Both the position numbers and the translations under genes were made by a program. Shown piece by piece: positions 1 to 9,404 of a stretch of 64,000 nucleotides of DNA (position 1 is the stretch's first letter; each line of letters opens with the position of its first letter). The notes beneath the pieces were generated by a model that saw nothing but the letters and a program-made list of their open reading frames with translations, was not told the origin of the DNA and did no database searches. Source of the DNA: Geopsychrobacteraceae bacterium (lineage in GTDB: Bacteria; Desulfobacterota; Desulfuromonadia; Desulfuromonadales; Geopsychrobacteraceae); the NCBI GenBank assembly GCA_963676795.2, contig CAXXTB010000002.1:1600001-1664000 (forward strand), written 5' to 3'.

Positions 1-1435
1 CTCGCTGGTGCCGATCATCCAACTGATCAAAGAAAACGGTGGGCAGGTCATAGTCGTCGATCCGGTGAAGACCAGATCGGCAAAGCTCGCTACGCATCAT
101 ATCTCACCGGCTCCCGGTCAGGACTTTTATCTGTCTCTTGCTGTCGCAAAACTTATCATGGCCAGCGGCAAGGAAGACCGCCGATTTATCGAAAATCACA
201 CCAGTGGTTTTGCTGACTTTTTGACTCTTCTGGACCGTTACACCAGCGATGAACTGTGCCGCAGGGCTGATGTCCCTTTGCGAGATGCTGAACTTCTGGC
301 ATCTTTGCTGGTTGAGGATCGGCCAACCTCAATCCTGCTTGGTTGGGGTTTGCATCGCCATGTCAATGCCCATTTCGGCATCCGTGCCATCGATGCAATA
401 AGCGCTTTAAGTGGCAATATCGGCGTTGCTGGAGGTGGTGTCAGTCAGGGGTTTGAAGAGTATGGACCCTATGCCCCGCAATACTGGGGGGATCAGCTCA
501 ATGGTCCACGCAGGACATTGTTAATGTCCGAACTGGCCCGGGAGCTGTCGAGTGCGCTGAATCCTAAAATCCGCATGGCGATGATCAGTGCAGGCAACCC
601 GGTCTGCATGGCTCCGGATTCTGTTGCCGTTGCTGCGGCGTTGAAACAGCTGGAATGTGTCATCTATTGCGGACATTTTCTGGATGATACAGCTGATGTC
701 GCAGATTTTTTCCTGCCAGCGACAACCTTTCTCGAAGAAAACGATGTCATGGCCAGCTACGGCCACAATTACGTTGGACCCGTCAATCGGGCAATTGAGC
801 CGATAGGCGAGTGTAAAAGCGATTTCGAGGTTTTCGCCGACCTGGCAAAGCACTTTGATTTTGCCGACCAGTACTGCCTTGCTGCTGAGGCCTGGCTGGA
901 CCGGATCTGTGCGCCGATTAAACAGGCCGGGTGCAGTCTTGAACAGCTCAGACAGGGGCCTTATCGCATGCCGCAGCCGCTGGCTCCTTATCTGGATCGT
1001 GCCTTTCCGACTGAATCGGGTCATTTTGAATTTTTACGTAGCGGCCCGGGGGAGGAGTATGGAACAATAGACCATTGTTATCCTTTCACTTTTCTGACTA
1101 TTGCTCCTCATGATCATATCTGCTCCGAAAGGTCTCTCAAAGAGCACGCATCGCTTCCTGAAGTCAGAATGAACGATCTGCAGGCTACTGAGCTAGGATT
1201 ACAAAACGGTCAGGAGGTATATGTGGCAAGTATTCAAGGGGAATTGGCAATGAGTCTCAAGGTCGATTCCGCTGTTCGTCGAGATTGTCTGGTTTGTGAA
1301 CGCGGTGGCTGGATAAAGGCCGGGCATGGCGTCAACCAACTTTGTCTGCCTCTGACCAGTACGATCGGGAGTGGTACCTCTTACTACAGTACACAGGTTA
1401 ACATCAGGTCTGCTGTTACCTGCCTGCAGCCCTGA
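1..1435 (+). CDS. Molybdopterin-dependent oxidoreductase (DMSO reductase family), 5' end outside window
   Basis: VVVDPVKTRSA, AGNP, DHF-like GHFLDDTADVADFFLPATTFLE motif, C-terminal molybdopterin dinucleotide-binding domain; frame open at window start. Confidence 0.85.
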   Translation, partial: SLVPIIQLIKENGGQVIVVDPVKTRSAKLATHHISPAPGQDFYLSLAVAKLIMASGKEDRRFIENHTSGFADFLTLLDRYTSDELCRRADVPLRDAELLASLLVEDRPTSILLGWGLHRHVNAHFGIRAIDAISALSGNIGVAGGGVSQGFEEYGPYAPQYWGDQLNGPRRTLLMSELARELSSALNPKIRMAMISAGNPVCMAPDSVAVAAALKQLECVIYCGHFLDDTADVADFFLPATTFLEENDVMASYGHNYVGPVNRAIEPIGECKSDFEVFADLAKHFDFADQYCLAAEAWLDRICAPIKQAGCSLEQLRQGPYRMPQPLAPYLDRAFPTESGHFEFLRSGPGEEYGTIDHCYPFTFLTIAPHDHICSERSLKEHASLPEVRMNDLQATELGLQNGQEVYVASIQGELAMSLKVDSAVRRDCLVCERGGWIKAGHGVNQLCLPLTSTIGSGTSYYSTQVNIRSAVTCLQP

Positions 1436-1455
1436 TGTTGAGAAAGAGTCGTTGA

Positions 1456-1899
1456 TCAACCCGGCTGATTCAGGTTTTTGGATATTTTTCTGACAAGCGT
1501 CTTCAGCAGTTCAATCTCGTCATCGGAGATCCCCTTGCTCATTCTCTGGATATTTCCCTTGGCCAGGGGGATGAGTGTCTTCTGCAGCATTCTGCCTGCA
1601 ACGGTCAGATAAACGCAATTATAGCGCGCATCAGTCGGATGGGTTTCACGTAAGACAAGCCCTTGTTTTTCAAGCTTTTTAAGAAGGTTCATGGTCGATA
1701 CTTTACTTCGGCCATAACGATCTGCAAGAACCTGCTGGGAAATGCCGTCTTCATGTCCGAGGTAAACCAGGATATTCCACTGTTCCTGGGTAATGTCGAA
1801 CCCGGCATTCAAGAAAGTGGCGTTCAGGCTTTCACGCATGAACTTGACACAATTGGCCATCAACATGGGCAATGATTCTTCAATATCGTATTTTGTCAC
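1456..1899 (-). CDS. MarR family transcriptional regulator (paralogue 1)
   Basis: ITQEQWNILVYL...GISQQVLA...LKKLEKQGLVLR...DARYNCVYLT winged-helix signature; GTG start with GAAGG upstream. Confidence 0.92.
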   Translation of the reverse strand: MTKYDIEESLPMLMANCVKFMRESLNATFLNAGFDITQEQWNILVYLGHEDGISQQVLADRYGRSKVSTMNLLKKLEKQGLVLRETHPTDARYNCVYLTVAGRMLQKTLIPLAKGNIQRMSKGISDDEIELLKTLVRKISKNLNQPG

Positions 1900-1938
1900 G
1901 TCAACCTTCTTAAATTTTCTTTAATGGAACTGTAAACA

Positions 1939-1975
1939 ATGAGCTGATTAACTCATAAACCACTATTTCTGTCAA
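1939..1975 (-). promoter_or_regulatory. Putative marR promoter (TTGACA -35) overlapped by inverted repeat ATGAG-N8-CTCAT (candidate operator)
   Basis: tgtcaa at 1970-1975; ATGAGCTGATTAACTCAT at 1939-1956. Confidence 0.45.
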
Positions 1976-2147
1976 TTATAACATTACATAGTGAAATGCA
2001 ATTTCTTATAAAGAAACAAATATGGGAAAATTTCTTGAAATATGCCGAGCTCAGAACCATTTAGATGCCTGTCCAGCTATTTTGACGTCCTATATAAGTC
2101 TACATCTTTTTGGGCTAAATCTTTGTTTGCACTTAAATTTTAATGAA

Positions 2148-2316
2148 CTAGGAGGCTGTCGGACTTTACATGAATCTGCTGCAAAATTATCTGATTGGTC
2201 CATATTTCCGACCCTTTTCGACAAATAGCTACGGCTATTTGCTCTCAAACGGTCGAAAGTCTGACCTCAACCAGCTGATTTTACGCAACGATCCGCAAAG
2301 CCCGACAGTCTCCTGG
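2148..2316. mobile_element. MITE-like miniature inverted-repeat element (~169 bp)
   Basis: Ends CTAGGAGGCTGTCGGACTTT ... AAAGCCCGACAGTCTCCTGG (17/20 inverted match); internal nested palindromes including CAAATAGC-TACG-GCTATTTG; no credible coding capacity. Confidence 0.7.
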
Positions 2317-2364
2317 GCAGCAACAGACACTGTCTTATCGTGATGCGAGATCACTGCAGATGAG

Positions 2365-2407
2365 ATCATCACCTTGTAAGATACTTGGGAGCTTACAAGG
2401 TGATGAT
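2365..2407 (-). terminator. Strong hairpin downstream of hyb operon
   Basis: ATCATCACCTTGTAAG-N11-CTTACAAGGTGATGAT, 16-bp perfect arms just after hybD stop; no clear U-tract. Confidence 0.6.
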
Positions 2408-2432
2408 TAGGTTTAGAGGGGTGATTAATCTG

Positions 2433-2981
2433 TTAAATACAGCCAAGTGGTAAGGTAGCGGGTGTTGATCGTGATGGTTTTTGTGGTTCCATGTTGATCT
2501 TGTAATAGCTTAAACGTGATGCCAGCAGCTTAAGCATCTCAGTCATCTTGGCAGATAAGGTTGGCGTCAACTCCAGACCTGTTTCAAGGCTTTCAGGCGT
2601 AACAGACAGAAGTTCAATAAACTCAGGCGTTCTGCCGGAGAGTCCACCGATATCTATAATTTCCAGCAAACCGACTTGATGAGGAGACATCCTTGTCTGA
2701 ATGATTCCAGCCTGCAGGTCTTCTTTGCTGTGGAAATGAATCGTTCCGGGTGCATCATCACAGTCGATCACATCAACGACTAATAGAATGTCGCACTGTT
2801 CAACAAAAGAGCTCAGCATGATACCTGCAGTTCCTCCATCATGGAGAAGAACATTGTCAGGGAACTGGTACTGCTGCTGCAGCAGATTGACAAAATGGAT
2901 ACCGAAGCCTTCATCGCTGAGCAGAACGTTCCCAACACCGAGAATACCGATGATTGGTTTTAATCTTTCACTTTGCATCAT
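2433..2981 (-). CDS. hybD: Hydrogenase maturation endopeptidase (HyaD/HybD)
   Basis: GVGNVLLSDEGFG, DGGTAG, SPHQVGL motifs; follows large subunit. Confidence 0.93.
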   Translation of the reverse strand: MMQSERLKPIIGILGVGNVLLSDEGFGIHFVNLLQQQYQFPDNVLLHDGGTAGIMLSSFVEQCDILLVVDVIDCDDAPGTIHFHSKEDLQAGIIQTRMSPHQVGLLEIIDIGGLSGRTPEFIELLSVTPESLETGLELTPTLSAKMTEMLKLLASRLSYYKINMEPQKPSRSTPATLPLGCI

Positions 2982-3044
2982 AATTTTACTCCTTCACGTG
3001 TAAAAGCAGGCTTTTGATTTCTCAGAAACCTGCTTTTGCAACCC

Positions 3045-4748
3045 TTATCCAACCTTGATACGGGAAATTTCTTTTCCCTGCGGATTAATCATATGAACGG
3101 CACAAGCCATACAGGGGTCGAAGGAGTGGATCGTGCGTAGAAGCTCAAGCGGCTGTTCCGGATTGGCAACAGGAGTACCGATCAGGCAATGTTCATAATA
3201 GCCTGGTTCTTCATTGGCACCGCGTGGGCATGACAGCCAGGTTGAGGGGACAACCGCCTGGTAGTTTCTGATCTTGCCGTTTTCAATGACAATCCAATGA
3301 GACAGCGTTCCGCGCGGAGCTTCATGGAAGCCGACACCGCGGATTTCACCTTCCGGGAAAACCGGTTGATTGAAGGTCGTGAAGTCACCACTGTTGATAT
3401 TGTGAATCAGACTATCCCATTGATCGAGCATGGCCTCCTGGACAACTGCGGCTCTGATGCAACGAGCAACGTGACGTCCCATGGTCGATGGCAGAATATC
3501 GAGGCCATGACGGGTCCGGCCGATTGAATTAATGGAATCGAGCATCTGGTTGGCATACTTCACCGTTGGCGCATGCTTGGCGGCGTACATGGCCAATACG
3601 TTGGCGACCGGACCGACCTCGGCGGGTTTGTTCATGAAACTCGGAGCTTTGACCCAGGAGTATTTGTCTTCGCCTTCAGCACCTGGATATTTCGGTTCGG
3701 TTTCTTCGACGTATGGGTGACGATTCCAATCCCCTTTGTAAAAAGAGTGTTTGATGCTTTCCTTGACGTTCTCGGTAAAGAAGGGGTCGCCAAAAGAACT
3801 GATCTGGCGCAAGGTGCTGAGATCGCTGTCTGTGATATAACCGCCCGGCAACGCAAAGCTCTTGCCGGCACTATCCAGCGGCATCTCAGGAACCGACAGA
3901 TAGGTACCGTCACCTTTGCCGTATTTGCACCATTCCGGATAAAAAGCTCCGATAGCAGCGACATCCGCCATATAGACCTGATGGATGAAATCTTTAACTT
4001 CATGCATCAGGCTGACTACATAAGAGAGGCGCTCCATGGTCAGGGTTGCCGGGCTGTCCAGATTAATCGGATTCGCGACACCGCCAACGGCCAGGTTCTG
4101 GATATGCGGTGTCTTGGCTCCCAGGATGGTGACGACCTTGTTGATTTTCCTTTGGTATTCCAGGGCCTGGAAATAATGGACTGCAGCGATCAGATTGACA
4201 TCAGGGGGCAGCTTCATCTCCTTGTGCCCCCAGTAACCGCTGGAGAAGGGTCCAAGCTGCCCGCTCTCGATCAGCTTTTTCAGCTTATCCTGAACTTCCT
4301 TGAACTCCTGGGCCGAGTTGCGTTTCCAGGGGGAGAGCTTCTGAGCTAGAGCTGCGGCTGATTTCGGATCTGCCTTCAGGGCAGCGGAGGCGATATCGAC
4401 CCAGTCGACAGCCGAGAGGATATAGAAGTGGATGATATGGTCCGCCAGGCAGTGAGCCCCGACAATCATGTTGCGGATATACTGCGCGTTGACCGGTACT
4501 TCGAGCCCCAGGGCATTTTCCACGCTGCGCACAGATGCCATGGCATGGACGGTGGTACAGACACCACAGATCCGCTGGGTGATCAGCCAGGCTTCCCGAG
4601 GGTCGCGGCCTTTCAAGATGGTCTCAATACCTCGCCACATGGTCCCGATTGAACGGGCATCGGTAATCATTCCGTTTTCAATATCACACTCAATACGCAG
4701 GTGTCCTTCAATACGGGTCACCGGATCTACGACAATTTTCTTCGACAT
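3045..4748 (-). CDS. hybC: [NiFe] hydrogenase large subunit, Hyb/Hyd-2 type
   Basis: DPVTRIEGH, L1 QRICGVCTTVH, L2 SFDPCMACAVH with cleavable C-terminal tail. Confidence 0.97.
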   Translation of the reverse strand: MSKKIVVDPVTRIEGHLRIECDIENGMITDARSIGTMWRGIETILKGRDPREAWLITQRICGVCTTVHAMASVRSVENALGLEVPVNAQYIRNMIVGAHCLADHIIHFYILSAVDWVDIASAALKADPKSAAALAQKLSPWKRNSAQEFKEVQDKLKKLIESGQLGPFSSGYWGHKEMKLPPDVNLIAAVHYFQALEYQRKINKVVTILGAKTPHIQNLAVGGVANPINLDSPATLTMERLSYVVSLMHEVKDFIHQVYMADVAAIGAFYPEWCKYGKGDGTYLSVPEMPLDSAGKSFALPGGYITDSDLSTLRQISSFGDPFFTENVKESIKHSFYKGDWNRHPYVEETEPKYPGAEGEDKYSWVKAPSFMNKPAEVGPVANVLAMYAAKHAPTVKYANQMLDSINSIGRTRHGLDILPSTMGRHVARCIRAAVVQEAMLDQWDSLIHNINSGDFTTFNQPVFPEGEIRGVGFHEAPRGTLSHWIVIENGKIRNYQAVVPSTWLSCPRGANEEPGYYEHCLIGTPVANPEQPLELLRTIHSFDPCMACAVHMINPQGKEISRIKVG

Positions 4749-4795
4749 ATTCTCTCTCCAGACGAGCTAGCCAGGATGAACTACTCTGGTTATCT

Positions 4796-6016
4796 TTATT
4801 TAGTAGAAATCGATTTATTTAAGTCAGTTATGACGCAAACATTGGAAATCGCTGCTTCTGTTTCCTTAGGCTCTGGGTCATGGCTGTGAACCGTAAAAAC
4901 CGGGAACAGTTTGACGAACAGGATATAGGCGGCAATTTCAAAGGCAATCAGTCCATAGGTGATCAGTTGTTCCTGTACCGATGGAAAGTATTTCCACCCC
5001 GTTCCTGGATCAAAACCGATGATGTAGGTATTGAATCGAAACAGACCACCGCCGACCAGAATGGCAACCGCCCCGAGAAACAGCATGCGCGGTCTCATTC
5101 TGTTTTTTGCACTCGCCAGAATCACCAGGCCAATGATCAACGCGAGGTTCTCCAGCAGAAACATGTTGCCTAAGAAACTGCCGGAAAAGGCTTCGCTTAA
5201 TTCACCGCGCATAAAGACATTGTGCAAACGAACGATCAGATAGAAACCGAGGACCCAGACCATGATTCGGGCGATCTTAGCCAACATCGAAGTCTCGTCA
5301 CCCAGGTGGTAGACCCGTGAGGTAATGCTCGCTTCGAAGATAACAATGGCAAATCCCATGAATACGGCGGTCAGCAAAAAGAGCAGTGGCAGCATACTGG
5401 TATGCCAGAGCGGCGAGAGCTTGTAACCGGCCATAAGCATCATGGTTCCCAAGGAAGATTGATGCATGGTCGGCAGCAGTACGCCTAAGGCGATCAGGGC
5501 AAAAATGGTTTTATCCAGAATCTTGCCGATGCGTTTGAGCTTGAAGCGCACAACAAAGGCCGGCGAAAATTCCAGAAACAGAACGAAGATATAGGTCCCG
5601 ATGCACATTGCCACCTCGAAAAGAACCGAATGGAAGTTCATTTGCCATGGCAGGTAAAGGTTGTAAGCATTCAGATAGCGGCCGATATCCATAAAGACCG
5701 ACGCCCCGCCAAGGGCATAGCCGAACATCGATGCCAGCAGTGCCGGACGGACCAGTGGGTGGAATTCGCCCTTATTGAGGACATAGACCAGCAGAGCCAT
5801 CACGTAACCACCGCAGGCCAATGCGGTGCCGACGACAACATCGTAGGAGATCCATAGTCCCCAGGGAAATCCATCGTTGAGATTGGTGACCGAGCCGATG
5901 CCCAAAATAAAGCGTTTCCCGACCAGAACCAGGCCAATAAAAGCGATCAACAAGAAAAAGCAGAAGGCATGGGTGAAAATTTTTCCACCCAGAGGCTGTG
6001 CGTGATCATGGCTCAT
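4796..6016 (-). CDS. hybB: Hydrogenase-2 integral membrane subunit (NrfD/PsrC family)
   Basis: VTNLNDGFPWGLWISYDV, LPTMHQSSLG motifs; multiple hydrophobic helices. Confidence 0.93.
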   Translation of the reverse strand: MSHDHAQPLGGKIFTHAFCFFLLIAFIGLVLVGKRFILGIGSVTNLNDGFPWGLWISYDVVVGTALACGGYVMALLVYVLNKGEFHPLVRPALLASMFGYALGGASVFMDIGRYLNAYNLYLPWQMNFHSVLFEVAMCIGTYIFVLFLEFSPAFVVRFKLKRIGKILDKTIFALIALGVLLPTMHQSSLGTMMLMAGYKLSPLWHTSMLPLLFLLTAVFMGFAIVIFEASITSRVYHLGDETSMLAKIARIMVWVLGFYLIVRLHNVFMRGELSEAFSGSFLGNMFLLENLALIIGLVILASAKNRMRPRMLFLGAVAILVGGGLFRFNTYIIGFDPGTGWKYFPSVQEQLITYGLIAFEIAAYILFVKLFPVFTVHSHDPEPKETEAAISNVCVITDLNKSISTK

Positions 6017-7023
6017 GACATCCCTCCCTCATTATTGCCGTTGGTTTCTTCTTGCGTCTGGGTTTGCTCTTCAGCGACAAGCCGCTTATTCCTCTTGACC
6101 ATAAACAGCAGTCCAAACAGAACAACCAGGGGATAAACCATCCCTTTATAGATGGCGTACTGAATCCCTGACGCTTTTGAGACGAACGATTCTTCCGGGA
6201 AACTGGGCAGACCAAGATGTTCAAAGGGGACACCCGCCATATAGACGACCTGGGTGCCGCCAAGTTCCTGACGGCCATAGACATGACGCTCATAGGTGGC
6301 GACAACATGACTTTGGCTCTGTGCAGACTGGATATGGCCTACCGGAAATTTTTGCATGGAGCCTGGTTTCATCTGCAGGCGTCGATTGGTTTCATCGCGG
6401 AGCTTTTCGACCGGGCCAAAGAGTGAGGCTCCGGTCGGACAAGCGCTGCAACAGGCGGAATAACTGCCGCCTTCAATCAGGTGATTGCACAGTTGGCATT
6501 TGACAATTTCCGGATAAGGATCATCCCACTCAAACTTGGGAATATTGTAAGGGCAGGCAACCTGACAATAACGACAGCCGATACAGGCATCCTTGTTATA
6601 GGTGACAATCCCGGTGTCCTGATCTTTGGTCAGGGCCGATGCCGGGCATGCAGTGACGCAAGACGGATCAACACAGTGCAGACACTGACGTTTGATAAAG
6701 GCATAGCCGTCTTCAACCTGGTCCTTATGTTCTGCGGTCCCGTTGCTATAGCATTTGATGATATTTAATGTTTCAGAACTCAAGTCATCAGGCTTATCCC
6801 ATGTTTGCTGACCACTCTTCATCTCCGCATCTTTGCCATTGGCTGCCTTGCAGGCAACCATACAGGCGTTACAACCAACGCAGAGGGTGGAATCGTAGAG
6901 GATGCCGAGGGCCTTGGGAGGCAGAGCCTGAATGGTCCGGGCATCAACATGCTTGCCATCAACCCCCAGAAGGGCCAGACTCCCGGCCGAAACCTTTAGG
7001 AAATCACGCCTTTTCATCGTCAT
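6013..7023 (-). CDS. hybA: Hydrogenase-2 4Fe-4S ferredoxin-type subunit with Tat signal
   Basis: RRDFLK Tat motif, four Cys clusters (CVGCNAC, CLHCVDPSC, CIGCRYC, CQLC), C-terminal TM; start refined to ATG 7023 with AAGGAG RBS. Confidence 0.93.
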   Translation of the reverse strand: MTMKRRDFLKVSAGSLALLGVDGKHVDARTIQALPPKALGILYDSTLCVGCNACMVACKAANGKDAEMKSGQQTWDKPDDLSSETLNIIKCYSNGTAEHKDQVEDGYAFIKRQCLHCVDPSCVTACPASALTKDQDTGIVTYNKDACIGCRYCQVACPYNIPKFEWDDPYPEIVKCQLCNHLIEGGSYSACCSACPTGASLFGPVEKLRDETNRRLQMKPGSMQKFPVGHIQSAQSQSHVVATYERHVYGRQELGGTQVVYMAGVPFEHLGLPSFPEESFVSKASGIQYAIYKGMVYPLVVLFGLLFMVKRNKRLVAEEQTQTQEETNGNNEGGMS

Positions 7024-8128
7024 TCGTGCGCTCCTTTCCGCTGAGTTTGGAGGCAAAAACCGCCCCCGCACCAACAGCAGCACCGACCACACCGGCCATC
7101 ACAGAGGCAGAGGCCACAGACACGCCTTCGCCACGCTCCAGAGTGATTGGGGCGTGTGAAGCCGCAGGAGTCGCATGCAGAATCGGCGCCGTATCAAACT
7201 GCGGCATATGGAAGCCAACCCCCTGTTCCGTACAGCCATAGCAGGGGTGACCGATGGCGACCGGCCAGCACCCGGAACCGGCATCGCCGAATTGAAGGGT
7301 CGAGCAGTTGGCATGGGTCACTGGACCTTTACAGCCCAGGTAGTAAAGGCAGTGTCCCTGACGATGGCTGTCATCGCCGAATGCCCTGGCAAAACGACCG
7401 TTATCGAAATGAGGGCGACGCTCACAATGCTCGTGGATCAGCCTGCCATAGGCAAACTTGGGACGATTTTTGTCATCAAGGGCAGGTAATTTGTTGAAGG
7501 TCAGATAGTGAACGATTGTCGACAACAGGTTGTAGGGGTTGGGTGGACAGCCCGGAATTGTAACGACTGGTTTGTCGGTAACAATGTCAGGAACACCGAC
7601 GCAACCGGTCGGGTTCGGCCCCATTGCCGCGACACCGCCCCATGAGGCACAAGAGCCCATGGCGATGACGGCTCCGGCTTTACTGGCGACCTCTTTGACC
7701 ATATTAACAAAATTCTGTCCGGCGATTTTGCAGTATATTCCGTCATTTTTAGTCGGGATTGCGCCTTCAACAACCAGGACAAACTTGCCTTGATGGTCTT
7801 GAATAGCTTTTTGTAAAGCATGCTCGGCCTGATGTCCTGCGCCAGCGGAGAGTGTTTCATGGAAATCGAGAGAAATCTGATCAAAAATCAGTGATTCTAT
7901 GCTTGGATGCTCAGCGCGCAGCAGTGACATAGAGCAGCCGGTACACTCAGATCCATGCAGCCAGATAACAGGTGGTCGCTGAGGAGATGTGATGGCTTCG
8001 GCAATTTTGGGCGCCAATGTGGTAGGCAGAGCCATTGAGGCCGCCAGAACAGAGCAGTACTTCATGAAGTCCCGGCGGTTTATCCCTCGTATTTCTTTTC
8101 TCTCTTGACCGTTATTGTCATTATTCAT
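7004..8128 (-). CDS. hybO: [NiFe] hydrogenase small subunit with Tat signal and C-terminal anchor
   Basis: RRDFMK, WLHGSECTGC, GSCASWGG, GCPP, HEHCERR, CLYYLGCKGP, HPCYGC. Confidence 0.96.
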   Translation of the reverse strand: MNNDNNGQERKEIRGINRRDFMKYCSVLAASMALPTTLAPKIAEAITSPQRPPVIWLHGSECTGCSMSLLRAEHPSIESLIFDQISLDFHETLSAGAGHQAEHALQKAIQDHQGKFVLVVEGAIPTKNDGIYCKIAGQNFVNMVKEVASKAGAVIAMGSCASWGGVAAMGPNPTGCVGVPDIVTDKPVVTIPGCPPNPYNLLSTIVHYLTFNKLPALDDKNRPKFAYGRLIHEHCERRPHFDNGRFARAFGDDSHRQGHCLYYLGCKGPVTHANCSTLQFGDAGSGCWPVAIGHPCYGCTEQGVGFHMPQFDTAPILHATPAASHAPITLERGEGVSVASASVMAGVVGAAVGAGAVFASKLSGKERTNDDEKA

Positions 8129-8398
8129 TTTCAAAACAGCCCTTTCATCGCATTTAGTTAGGAGGTTAACTAAGAATTTAAATAATATAAATTGCCTGTT
8201 AAGGCGGTGTACGGAGATTTTTATAAATTATGAACTTAAGTGATGATGACGCGAGACACTTGGCAGAATTTGCGTAGAGTGACACTAACATCATTGGCAG
8301 GATCACATGCCACCAACCATGCTTATCTTTATTTATCGATACAATAAAATTTGGCTATAGTGACGAATTGTGATGTGTATCAGGTGATATCGCTTGTG

Positions 8399-8434
8399 CA
8401 GCGGACTCTTATTTCTTCACATAAGAGTCCGCTG
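8399..8434. terminator. Hairpin between transhydroxylase-like operon and hyb operon
   Basis: CAGCGGACTCTTAT-N8-ATAAGAGTCCGCTG (14-bp arms); no U-tract on minus strand. Confidence 0.5.
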
Positions 8435-8487
8435 TCTTGCGTATCTGAAATTACAAAGTTTGTTGCAAAAGAATAAGTTAATACATC

Positions 8488-8536
8488 ACAATGTAATCAG
8501 TTCATCAACAATGTAATCAGTTCATCAACAATGTAA
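8488..8536. repeat. Tandem direct repeat, 20-bp unit x ~2.45
   Basis: ACAATGTAATCAGTTCATCA at 8488-8507 and 8508-8527, partial ACAATGTAA at 8528-8536. Confidence 0.9.
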
Positions 8537-8540
8537 AACA

Positions 8541-9404
8541 TTAGGCAACTTTTGCATTACTTCCGTTATTCAGCATGATATTGCCGAGATTTATGCTCTT
8601 TTCGAGTTTAACTTCCAGCTTTTGTGCAGAGCCTGATGCTGAGTTGATATAGAGCGTATAGGCTTTGTTGCCGCAATCAAGACCATCAAATTTAAAGTCA
8701 CCAAAAGCGTCTGTTACTACTTTTGCGACCAGTTTTTCGTCATAAAAAAGTTCAATTGCGATGTTGTCGGCGCAATCGGTGATACCGTCAACTTCAACCT
8801 CAAGACTTCCGGCAATAAACGCTTTATCGATCATGTGCAGGTTCTTGTAGTAAACCCTCGGTTTGGTGCCTTTTTCCGGATGAACCTGGCGCAGGTTTTC
8901 AGCCTTTGCCTTGCGCTCCATCTCTTCCTGGGTCAGGCGGACAGTCACGAGTGCTTCGGCAAAGCAGGCCTGGGCACAGCGGGGTTGCGCCCAGCCTTCA
9001 TCGATCAGATGAGCACACATGGTACATTTCTGCGGCTGCTCCAGTTCCTCGTTCCAGTAGATCGCACCGTAAGGACAGGAGGAGACAATGTCCTTGCGCC
9101 CCTTGGCTTTGTCCGGGTTGATCAGCACGATCCCGTCAGGGCGGATGCTGATGCAGTCAGGAGCCGCCTTGGCACAGGCCGGTTCTGCACAATGCATGCA
9201 GGGGGCCGGCCGGTAGGCGACGTCGATCAGAGGGTAGGTGCCGCGTTCATGGCGGTGGATGTTCATCCAGCGATGACCGTGGCGAGGCTGGGAGAGGGTA
9301 TAGCCCGGCCAGTCGTTGTCGACATGTTCATCCTTGCAGGCCACGAAGCAGTTGTTGCAGTCGATGCAGCGTGAGACATCGATAATGGTAAAGATCTGTT
9401 TCAT
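8541..9404 (-). CDS. 4Fe-4S beta subunit of pyrogallol transhydroxylase-like enzyme (BthL-like)
   Basis: IDVSRCIDCNNC..ACKDEH..NDWPGY..HRWMNI..ERGTYP, GTKPRVYYKNL, C-terminal FGDFKFDGL beta-sandwich domain; ATGA overlap with upstream gene. Confidence 0.88.
   Translation of the reverse strand: MKQIFTIIDVSRCIDCNNCFVACKDEHVDNDWPGYTLSQPRHGHRWMNIHRHERGTYPLIDVAYRPAPCMHCAEPACAKAAPDCISIRPDGIVLINPDKAKGRKDIVSSCPYGAIYWNEELEQPQKCTMCAHLIDEGWAQPRCAQACFAEALVTVRLTQEEMERKAKAENLRQVHPEKGTKPRVYYKNLHMIDKAFIAGSLEVEVDGITDCADNIAIELFYDEKLVAKVVTDAFGDFKFDGLDCGNKAYTLYINSASGSAQKLEVKLEKSINLGNIMLNNGSNAKVA

Noticed and set aside
8260..8315. sigma54 promoter for hyb operon (TGGCA...TGC motifs)
   Set aside because: GG-to-GC spacing is 8 or 11 nt rather than the required 10
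8488..8536. Possible CRISPR array
   Set aside because: Contiguous 20-bp copies with no spacers and no cas genes
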